Source of the DNA: Gammaproteobacteria bacterium
GTDB lineage: Bacteria; Pseudomonadota; Gammaproteobacteria; JBIOEC01
NCBI GenBank assembly: GCA_965279305.1
Contig: OZ257143.1
Location: forward strand, 390,001 to 422,000
Reading direction: 5' to 3'
Length of the DNA: 32,000 bases
In this document: positions 9,275 through 16,563 of the stretch, piece by piece
How positions within the stretch are numbered: position 1 is the first letter of the stretch
How the letters are laid out: every line of letters begins with the position of its first letter
The notes under the pieces: generated by a model
What the model was told of the DNA's origin: nothing
Databases searched by the model: none
Seen by the model: the letters and a program-made list of their open reading frames with translations, nothing else
Translations under genes and position numbers: made by a program

Positions 9275-11494
9275 TTGAACATGTTTGCACCACCTTCTTT
9301 TGTACTACGCATAGCAATACCTTCTCCTTTGCGAGAATACTTTGATTACTTGCCGCTCACTGGAATGCTGCCCGAACAATTACAACCTGGGATCCGCATA
9401 AAAGTACCTTTTGGTAGACGAATTTTGATTGGAATATTGATCAGCATTGAACCTACTACGAAAATTCCTACACATAAATTACGCTCGGTTATTCAAATAA
9501 TTGATGAAAAACCATTGTTTGACGAAACCTTTATTAAATTATGTCAATGGACCAGCGAATACTACCATTATTCTTTAGGTGAAATTTTAAGTAATGCATT
9601 ACCCACTACATTACGCAGAGATATTGCAGCAGAAAAACCAGGCATTACGGCATGGCGATTAACCGATTACGGCAAAACCACTTCTGATATTCCTGCCAAA
9701 AGCAATAAAAAACAAATAGAATTGCTGAGTTTATTTAAAAACCATTCAGACGGTTTAAATGAAAACGATTTATTGAATCAAGGTTTCACTCAACAAGCTA
9801 TTTATTATTTAGCACGATTTGATTACATAGAACCCTTTACCATTTATCCGGAAGGTCATGTATCGGTTTTAAAAAATGTGACCTTACCTACTTTAAATGA
9901 ACATCAAGCCACTGCCATTAATGCGATTAATAATGGACTTAATGCTTACCAAACATTTTTACTAGATGGCATTACGGGTAGCGGAAAAACCGAAGTTTAT
10001 TTACAAGTGATTGAAAAAGTATTGGCACAAAATAAACAAGCACTTATTTTAGTGCCTGAAATCAGCTTAACACCACAAACCGTAGAGCGTTTTTCTGCAC
10101 GATTTAACGTGAATATTGTTATATTACATTCAGGGCTTAATCATCGTGAACGCTGCCAAAACTGGTTAGCCGCAAAACATGGTACTGCCCGCATAATTAT
10201 TGGCACACGCTCTGCGGTTTTCACACCCATGACCAACTTAGGCATTATTATTGTGGATGAAGAGCATGATATTTCATTTAAACAACAAGATAGTTTTCGC
10301 TATTCTGCTCGCGATGTAGCCGTGATGCGCGCCCATCTGCAAAATATTCCTATCGTATTAGGCTCTGCTACACCTTCATTTGAATCTTTATACAATGCCA
10401 ATATTAAACGGTATGAAACATTATCATTGCCCATACGCGCAGGTGCTGCAACACCGCCTCAATTTAAATTAATTGATATTCGTCAACAACGTTTAGAAGA
10501 AGGATTGTCTGGCCAACTTATTAGCAGCATTCGCCATCATTTAGAAAAAGGCAATCAAGTATTATTATTTTTAAATCGTCGCGGTTTCGCTCCCGTAATG
10601 ATGTGCCATGATTGCGGCTGGATAGCCAACTGCACACAATGCGACGCTCGTTACACATTGCATTGGAAATCACAACGTTTACGCTGTCACCATTGCGAGC
10701 ACGAACAAGCTATTATAAAAGCCTGCCCTAAATGTGAAAGCACAGAGCTCATTTTCTTAGGACAAGGCACTGAAAAAATTGAGCAAGCGCTGAATACCCA
10801 TTTTCCGGATTATTCCACTATTCGTATTGATAGAGATAACACACGCAAAAAAGGTGCTTTGCATGATTTGCTGGATAAAGTACATACCGGAAAAGCACAA
10901 ATACTGGTAGGCACACAAATGCTGGCTAAAGGTCATCATTTTCCTAATGTAACCATGGTAGCAATTTTAGATGCCGACAGCGGATTATTTAGTATTGATT
11001 TTCGCACTACCGAACGCATAGGCCAATTACTGATGCAAGTAGCCGGGCGCTCAGGCAGAAGCGGAACACAAGGCGAAGTATTAATTCAAACACGACATCC
11101 TGATCATCCTTTGCTGCAACAATTAATTACTCAGGGCTATCATGAGTTTGCAAAACTCGCATTAGCTGAGCGAGAAATGGTGATGTTACCGCCTTACGGA
11201 TATATTGCCATGATGCGCGCCGAATCCGTGCATGCTGAAGAACCTTTGCAATTTTTAGAAAACGTATCAGAAATTGCCAAAAAAATGGGGATCCCTGGTG
11301 TGCAATTACTAGGCCCCGTACCTGCTCCTATGGAAAAACGTGCAGGACGATATAGAGGCCAATTATTATTGCAAGCGCAACATCGAAAAGCACTGCAACA
11401 TTTATTAAAAGCATTAATGAGCCATTTAGGATTATGTAAAATTTCCCGCGGAGTTCGCTGGTCGTTAGACGTAGATCCGCAGGAAATGTTTTAA
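9275..11494 (+). CDS. priA: Primosomal replication protein N' (PriA helicase)
   Basis: Walker A GITGSGKTEVY, DEEH box (IIIVDEEHD), and Cys-rich Zn-binding insert (CHDCGW...CTQCD...CHHCEH...CPKCES). The track start at 9275 is TTG; the ATG at 9281 is an equally plausible start. Confidence 0.93.
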   Translation: MNMFAPPSFVLRIAIPSPLREYFDYLPLTGMLPEQLQPGIRIKVPFGRRILIGILISIEPTTKIPTHKLRSVIQIIDEKPLFDETFIKLCQWTSEYYHYSLGEILSNALPTTLRRDIAAEKPGITAWRLTDYGKTTSDIPAKSNKKQIELLSLFKNHSDGLNENDLLNQGFTQQAIYYLARFDYIEPFTIYPEGHVSVLKNVTLPTLNEHQATAINAINNGLNAYQTFLLDGITGSGKTEVYLQVIEKVLAQNKQALILVPEISLTPQTVERFSARFNVNIVILHSGLNHRERCQNWLAAKHGTARIIIGTRSAVFTPMTNLGIIIVDEEHDISFKQQDSFRYSARDVAVMRAHLQNIPIVLGSATPSFESLYNANIKRYETLSLPIRAGAATPPQFKLIDIRQQRLEEGLSGQLISSIRHHLEKGNQVLLFLNRRGFAPVMMCHDCGWIANCTQCDARYTLHWKSQRLRCHHCEHEQAIIKACPKCESTELIFLGQGTEKIEQALNTHFPDYSTIRIDRDNTRKKGALHDLLDKVHTGKAQILVGTQMLAKGHHFPNVTMVAILDADSGLFSIDFRTTERIGQLLMQVAGRSGRSGTQGEVLIQTRHPDHPLLQQLITQGYHEFAKLALAEREMVMLPPYGYIAMMRAESVHAEEPLQFLENVSEIAKKMGIPGVQLLGPVPAPMEKRAGRYRGQLLLQAQHRKALQHLLKALMSHLGLCKISRGVRWSLDVDPQEMF

Positions 11495-11548
11495 TCACTG
11501 CCCGTTTTCTTAGTTGCAATCAGCAACAAACTATGATATTTTCCAAAA

Positions 11549-11875
11549 ATGAGCTATTTTTCTAAATTTGTTACAACTTCAAAAAATAAAACCCTAGTAC
11601 TGTTTTTTTTGCTAGCCAGTTTTTTCTTTTTACAGTATCACTTTCTTGAACATAATTTTTCTCATACTGAAACAGGCGAACCTGTTTCATCTTGTTTGAT
11701 TTGTTTTAAATCGAATCAATCAGAAGAAATGTTTCCACCTGTTACCTCCCCGTATTTACCTTTTATTTTATGTGCATTTTTAGCTTTTTTCTTATTTTAC
11801 TCTAACATCAACACCCCCACTTTTCTGCTCCCCCATACCCGAGCACCACCCTTATTTACCTCGTTTTGTTTTTAA
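11549..11875 (+). CDS. Hypothetical small membrane protein (orphan)
   Basis: 108 aa with two hydrophobic segments and a CLIC motif. I cannot assign a recognisable family. An AT-rich hairpin (cccaaaa-taaa-ttttggg, 11882..11899) follows. Confidence 0.35.
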   Translation: MSYFSKFVTTSKNKTLVLFFLLASFFFLQYHFLEHNFSHTETGEPVSSCLICFKSNQSEEMFPPVTSPYLPFILCAFLAFFLFYSNINTPTFLLPHTRAPPLFTSFCF

Positions 11876-11935
11876 AAATTACCCAAAATAAATTTTGGGG
11901 AGCTGTATTTTAATTGCATTTTTGAAGGTGATTTT

Positions 11936-12556
11936 ATGTCAAATAAACTTAATCGCTATGAAACATTTCATAGTATGCTAAATCAACTATCCAAACCTCA
12001 TGTGAAAGCTTGGTTAATCGTAGAATGTGGCTATGATCTAAGCGAACTAGAAAAAATTATAGGCTATGCACAAGTAACCTACGATCTTTTATTAATGCTA
12101 GATAAAGATAGCAAGGATTTTAAATTATGGGATATAACCCGTAAAAATCCAAAAAAAATATCACCAGTTATACTCGATCATTTCAAGTCAAATCCAGTTA
12201 CAGCGGCTTTTACGATGAATATATGTCTAAAGCTTTTAACGATAAAAGATGAGCTGCCCTTTGGCGTTACCAATATGTGTACACGAAATCTTGTGAGAGA
12301 ACCGTTTATGAGCGATAATTATGTAAAAATATGGTCTCACCTTCTGAAAGGACACACATCATTTGTTCATCTTTATTGTTATGATAGAAGAAAACCTTTT
12401 ACAGATAGATTTTCATTTTTAAAGAAAATTTCATTTTCCTGGTTATGGAATATATGTAAAGAGTACAAAACCACGTATAGCAGCTATACATACACAGAGC
12501 ATCCCATTAATTCAGCACCTGAACCACGGGAGACAATGAGACCTTCTTATCGATAA
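11936..12556 (+). CDS. Hypothetical protein (orphan, soluble, effector-candidate)
   Basis: 206-aa ORF with no recognisable motif. Very AT-rich and Lys/Asn-rich. Convergent with the ThiF/LeuA-like operon. Confidence 0.4.
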   Translation: MSNKLNRYETFHSMLNQLSKPHVKAWLIVECGYDLSELEKIIGYAQVTYDLLLMLDKDSKDFKLWDITRKNPKKISPVILDHFKSNPVTAAFTMNICLKLLTIKDELPFGVTNMCTRNLVREPFMSDNYVKIWSHLLKGHTSFVHLYCYDRRKPFTDRFSFLKKISFSWLWNICKEYKTTYSSYTYTEHPINSAPEPRETMRPSYR

Positions 12557-12570
12557 TAAACTTGAGGATC

Positions 12571-12592
12571 GCCCTCTTTTACCAAAGGGGGC
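12571..12592 (+). terminator. Hairpin between convergent genes (weak terminator candidate)
   Basis: gccctcttt-tacc-aaagggggc: 9-bp stem with one G.U pair in the plus-strand transcript. No clean U-run follows. Confidence 0.3.
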
Positions 12593-12606
12593 TCTCAAAA
12601 AATGTT

Positions 12607-14013
12607 TTAGTCTTTCAAACTACTGTTATAATCAGGCGCTAATACGATATTCCAATAAGTTCCAGAACCGCCTATATAATAGTAACTATGCTTAACTCCA
12701 GCAGGAATATAAATAGTAGAAGGACTTTCTATATCATACTCTTCATCATTTAATAGAACACGGCAAGACAAACCCTTTCCATCGGGTTTATTTCCCCAAA
12801 AAATAAATACGCTAGGACAATGGTGAACATGTGCATCTACATGTCTTTTTTCTTCCAGGGGTAAATTTTCCAAGAGTTCCTGATTAAAAATTCGTTGAAT
12901 AACGTACAAAGACGTTCGAGGATCTATACGTTTATCTAACATTAGCCAACGTACTCCTGGTCCATCACGATGATATTGCAACTCACTCGCAGGCTTAATA
13001 CAAGGCTTATTGATGGGTAATATTTTTTTAAACCTATTCACATTTTCATTACGATTCTCTGAAGCAACAAACCGGCGTGTCTGTCCAAACATTTCTGGTT
13101 TAATACCCTCATATGAATTGACGTTACGTTTCATTGCTTTCTGATGATAAACACTCGTATGACTAAAAACATGGCTGCCAATAATAGGCCGCATGGGATC
13201 GGGCATAAATCCAATAAGGTTAGATAATATAGTGCTAAGAGAGTAAGCATCTGACAATGAAAAACGATTGTCTTTATAAAATTGATTTAAGCAGGCTGTT
13301 AATTGAAAAAGATCCGTAATACCCGCTCGTTCACCTAAACCTAAAGCTGACACATCAATTGCATCTACGCCTGCTTCAATGGCAGCAACAGCATTCGCTA
13401 AAGCCAATCCAAAATCATTATGCAAGTGAACTTCAATAGGACAATTAAATTTTTCTTTACATTTTTTTATCAATGCAGAGCAAGAATGAGGATGCCATAC
13501 CCCCACGGTATCGGCCAAACTAATTCGATCAGCGCCTGCTGACAATGCAATATCAATCGTTTTTTGCATCAATTCCCAGTCAGTGCGAGAAGCATCTTCG
13601 ATTGTAAATCTTACCTTTAGCCCCAATTTTTTAGCCAAAGAAACAGAATCTTTCGCCTGCTCCATCACCCACTCAAGTGTTCGCTCTGTAAATTTAGTTT
13701 CTAATGCTAAATCATTTACTGAAATCCAGATCCCCACCCAATCAGCGCCTGTTCGTGCTGCACTTTCAATTTCTTTGGTGCACGATCGGGCATGTACTAA
13801 GGTAATAATAGAAGAAGATAATGCTCTTATCACTGATGAGCAATGTAATTCAGATTCATTATCAATACCAGGATGCCCTATTTCAATAAGATCCACCCCG
13901 TATTCATGCAAAAGATTAGCTAATATAATTTTTTCATTAGCAGAAAAGCAAACGCCTGGATGCTGCTCCCCTTCTCGCAAGGTACAATCTACAATTAAAG
14001 GTTGGTAACTCAT
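12607..14013 (-). CDS. LeuA/NifV-family (DRE-TIM, HMGL-like) 2-oxoacid:acetyl-CoA condensing enzyme fused to a C-terminal cupin domain
   Basis: N-terminal DCTLREGEQ (compare DTTLRDGEQ). Metal-site motifs EVHLHNDFGLALAN and GLGERAGIT. Family motif HQKAMKRNVNSYEGIKPEMFG (compare HQDG..K....YE...PE..G). The last ~90 aa carry cupin-like AHVHH...IYIPAGVKH motifs instead of a LeuA regulatory domain. The start overlaps the upstream stop (ATGA). Confidence 0.75.
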   Translation of the reverse strand: MSYQPLIVDCTLREGEQHPGVCFSANEKIILANLLHEYGVDLIEIGHPGIDNESELHCSSVIRALSSSIITLVHARSCTKEIESAARTGADWVGIWISVNDLALETKFTERTLEWVMEQAKDSVSLAKKLGLKVRFTIEDASRTDWELMQKTIDIALSAGADRISLADTVGVWHPHSCSALIKKCKEKFNCPIEVHLHNDFGLALANAVAAIEAGVDAIDVSALGLGERAGITDLFQLTACLNQFYKDNRFSLSDAYSLSTILSNLIGFMPDPMRPIIGSHVFSHTSVYHQKAMKRNVNSYEGIKPEMFGQTRRFVASENRNENVNRFKKILPINKPCIKPASELQYHRDGPGVRWLMLDKRIDPRTSLYVIQRIFNQELLENLPLEEKRHVDAHVHHCPSVFIFWGNKPDGKGLSCRVLLNDEEYDIESPSTIYIPAGVKHSYYYIGGSGTYWNIVLAPDYNSSLKD

Positions 14014-14858
14014 AGCGTAGTATTATCCCAGCTTTCTCCATTATCAGGTTTTACAACCATCACCATATTTTCCGATGATAAATCGACTTTAATGAGTTCA
14101 GGCGCTATCACTGGAGATAATCCATCACGTTTAATTAACCATTTCATGGCTTCAAAAGAAGCCAATAAACCCACCATATTTGCCACAGGGCAAATTACAG
14201 CCCAAGGTAACGTTTTATGAATAAATCCTTCTCCCCATTCCGGCAATGCCCCTTGTTTTACTGAATAGTTAGCTCTACCGTCTTTAATTTCTTCAATTTT
14301 CTTTTTTATTTCAGAAGACAATGGTTGCTGATAAGAAGGATGTTGCAACACTTTTTCATAGGGAATACCGTTAGGAATGAAATTCATCAAACCACCTCTA
14401 AAAGGAGGAGTGACAGCAATCCACACAGAAGGAATTTTCAAAAGAGCGGCAGCTCTATGAATAATTACTCTAGATACTAAATTATCGGTAGCATCAATAA
14501 TAACATCGCTATCTGCTAGTAATTGATTAGCATTATCTTCTGTTAAGCGGGAAACGTAGGTATCTATTTGGATGGTTGGATTAATATCTCGTAATATTCT
14601 GGCTGCTTCTTCAGCTTTTGATTTGTTTTGGTTACTGATAAACCCTAACATTTGTCTATTTATATTACTTAATTCAAAAACATCATTATCAACGATTCGA
14701 ATAAAACCCACGCCTAGTCGTGCCAGTGAAAGCAAAGTAATTCCTCCCACACCACCAGCACCGACAACAGTTACACGTCCATTCTTTAATCGACTCTGTT
14801 CTTCTTTTGTTAATACACCGTAATTTCGTGTATAAATTTGATTATATACTTCTACCAT
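14010..14858 (-). CDS. ThiF/MoeB/HesA-family (E1-like) adenylyltransferase, paralog 2
   Basis: Rossmann loop VVGAGGVGG, DNDVFELSNINRQ and IDATDN motifs. No CxxC zinc motifs, no rhodanese domain and only one Cys. Collinear with the upstream paralog. Confidence 0.8.
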   Translation of the reverse strand: MVEVYNQIYTRNYGVLTKEEQSRLKNGRVTVVGAGGVGGITLLSLARLGVGFIRIVDNDVFELSNINRQMLGFISNQNKSKAEEAARILRDINPTIQIDTYVSRLTEDNANQLLADSDVIIDATDNLVSRVIIHRAAALLKIPSVWIAVTPPFRGGLMNFIPNGIPYEKVLQHPSYQQPLSSEIKKKIEEIKDGRANYSVKQGALPEWGEGFIHKTLPWAVICPVANMVGLLASFEAMKWLIKRDGLSPVIAPELIKVDLSSENMVMVVKPDNGESWDNTTL

Positions 14859-14867
14859 ATTTTCTCT

Positions 14868-15731
14868 TTAAAAATGTTCTGCCTGCCAAAAACCTGATCC
14901 GGGTTTTGCTAATCGAATCGGTTGCTCATGATTTAAATCTATTAATAGTGATTCAGGAGCTGCTGCAAATAATGAATTCCCCATCAATACTTCAATAGCA
15001 GCATGTACAGAAAAAGTGGCTAATAAACTCGCTCGAATAGGTGTAATAAGCCAACTCGCTTTTCCCTGGCAATAGTCATCTGCCCATTCTTTAGGCGCAC
15101 CTTGGCTAACTGAATATTGTGCACGTTTATATTTTACTTCTTGCAATAATTTTTCTGTTGATGAATTTAATATTTGGCCTTTAGAGGGTAAATTTAATGC
15201 TTCTTCATACTCTATACCTGTAGGTAAAAAAGTACTGATCCATCCTCGTTGTGGTGGGCTGCCAGACATGGCAATACTCGGAATCCCTAATGTTTTAGCA
15301 GCACGATGAGCACAAACCCGCGCAAACATATTATCTAAACCATCAATAACTACATCATGGTCTTTTATTAAATCAATAACATTGTCTGGGGCCACTTCTT
15401 GTGTTAAAAACTGATGAGATAAATAAGGATTAATACGTAACAATTCTTTTTCAGCACTTTGTGTTTTGTATTTCCCTAAGGTATCTGTATAAGCAAACAT
15501 TTGGCGGTTTAAATTGCTTACCTCAAAAATATCGGGGTCAACGCCTGTAATATGCCCAATTCCCATACGAGCACATAGCATAGCAGCCATTCCACCTACG
15601 CCCCCTAGGCCTAAAATAATGACCCGCGAGTGCCGTAATGTTTCTTGCTGAGCTGGCGTATAAACCCCAATATTTTTAAAGGTCAGTTGTTGATAAAACG
15701 CATCTTCAACAGGTGTAATAAAATTTTCCAT
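14868..15731 (-). CDS. ThiF/MoeB/HesA-family (E1-like) adenylyltransferase, paralog 1
   Basis: ILGLGGVGG, DPDIFEVSNLNRQ and IDGLDN motifs. Shares paralog-specific blocks with the downstream gene (HRAA..L.IPS, PP.RG, GI.YE, RA.YSV.QGA.PEW). A 9-nt gap separates it from paralog 2. Confidence 0.8.
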   Translation of the reverse strand: MENFITPVEDAFYQQLTFKNIGVYTPAQQETLRHSRVIILGLGGVGGMAAMLCARMGIGHITGVDPDIFEVSNLNRQMFAYTDTLGKYKTQSAEKELLRINPYLSHQFLTQEVAPDNVIDLIKDHDVVIDGLDNMFARVCAHRAAKTLGIPSIAMSGSPPQRGWISTFLPTGIEYEEALNLPSKGQILNSSTEKLLQEVKYKRAQYSVSQGAPKEWADDYCQGKASWLITPIRASLLATFSVHAAIEVLMGNSLFAAAPESLLIDLNHEQPIRLAKPGSGFWQAEHF

Positions 15732-15764
15732 TACTTAAAAAACATAGTGTTGGATATATTCCAG

Positions 15765-16184
15765 TTATTCTGGCCCGTTTTGAATTTGCTGGTAATGGGG
15801 TTTTGGAGCCGCATATTTATATCCTGCATAAGCTGCAACAAGAGATGCTGCAGCTAATACGGATAAAGCAATACCGGCAGCATTATATTGAGTAGCTGTT
15901 TGCGTTTCGGTTTGTTGACCTCTAATACAATGCTCCACCATCTCATCTGCAATGGCAAGAGCAGCGGTAACATAAGACCAGTTTCCTGTTGCCAATGCGG
16001 TAGTTAACATTTGAGATTGTTCTGTAAATGTTGCTTCGCTTTCTGCATGAGCTTGAGCTCCATCATTATGTGTATTACGAAGCGTAAAGGTGAGCGCAGC
16101 TCCGGTTGCAAATGCTGCGGTAGCTACTGCAGCAACGGAACAAGCGCTTTCTCTAGCTAATTTTAAATAATGTGTTACTAGCAT
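15765..16184 (-). CDS. Ala-rich 139-aa hypothetical protein with hydrophobic Ala/Thr segments (first gene of the ThiF cluster)
   Basis: aaggag RBS lies 7 nt before the ATG. Segments SACSVAAVATAAFATGAALTFTL and AAGIALSVLAAASLVAAYAGY look membrane-embedded. Locally GC-richer than its neighbours because of Ala codons. No family recognised. Confidence 0.55.
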   Translation of the reverse strand: MLVTHYLKLARESACSVAAVATAAFATGAALTFTLRNTHNDGAQAHAESEATFTEQSQMLTTALATGNWSYVTAALAIADEMVEHCIRGQQTETQTATQYNAAGIALSVLAAASLVAAYAGYKYAAPKPHYQQIQNGPE

Positions 16185-16224
16185 ATATTACTCCTTATTT
16201 TTAAACTAAATTAAATTTCTGGTA

Positions 16225-16563
16225 TTAAACATCTAATAATGCATTGACTTTGGCAGCGCAAATCAAATCATTTTCAGTTAAACCGTCTACTGCATGAGTC
16301 GTATAGCGCACCGTACATTGATCAAAACTCACTTCCATATCAGGATGATGCCCTTCTTGATGGGCAATCCACGCCACCGCATTTACAAACGCCATGGTTT
16401 TTCCGTAACCTTTAAATTTGAAAGTGCGGGAAATAAATTTACTGTCAGTAGATAAATTCCACTCAGGTAATTGCTTTAAAAATTCTTTCACTTGTGAAGT
16501 ATTCAACACAGGTACTCCGCCTTCGCAACCCACACATTTCATTTCTTTTAGCAATTTTTCCAT
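16225..16563 (-). CDS. phhB: Pterin-4-alpha-carbinolamine dehydratase
   Basis: 112 aa with EGHHPDMEVSFDQCTVRYTTH motif. Overlaps the phhA stop by 16 nt. Confidence 0.9.
   Translation of the reverse strand: MEKLLKEMKCVGCEGGVPVLNTSQVKEFLKQLPEWNLSTDSKFISRTFKFKGYGKTMAFVNAVAWIAHQEGHHPDMEVSFDQCTVRYTTHAVDGLTENDLICAAKVNALLDV

Noticed and set aside
13583-14823. Plus-strand ORFs (13583-14008, 14002-14220, 14572-14823, also 14807-14998 and 15645-15857) across the ThiF/LeuA-like operon
   Set aside because: They are antisense to ORFs with clear catalytic motifs. None has recognisable motifs or start context.
14010-15731. Interpretation of the ThiF pair as a ubiquitin-like conjugation anti-phage system (Bil-type or CBASS Cap2/Cap3-type)
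   Set aside because: Those systems need an E2 or E1-E2 fusion, a JAB/DUB peptidase and a Ubl or CD-NTase target. None is encoded within or beside the operon, and no product ends in Gly-Gly.
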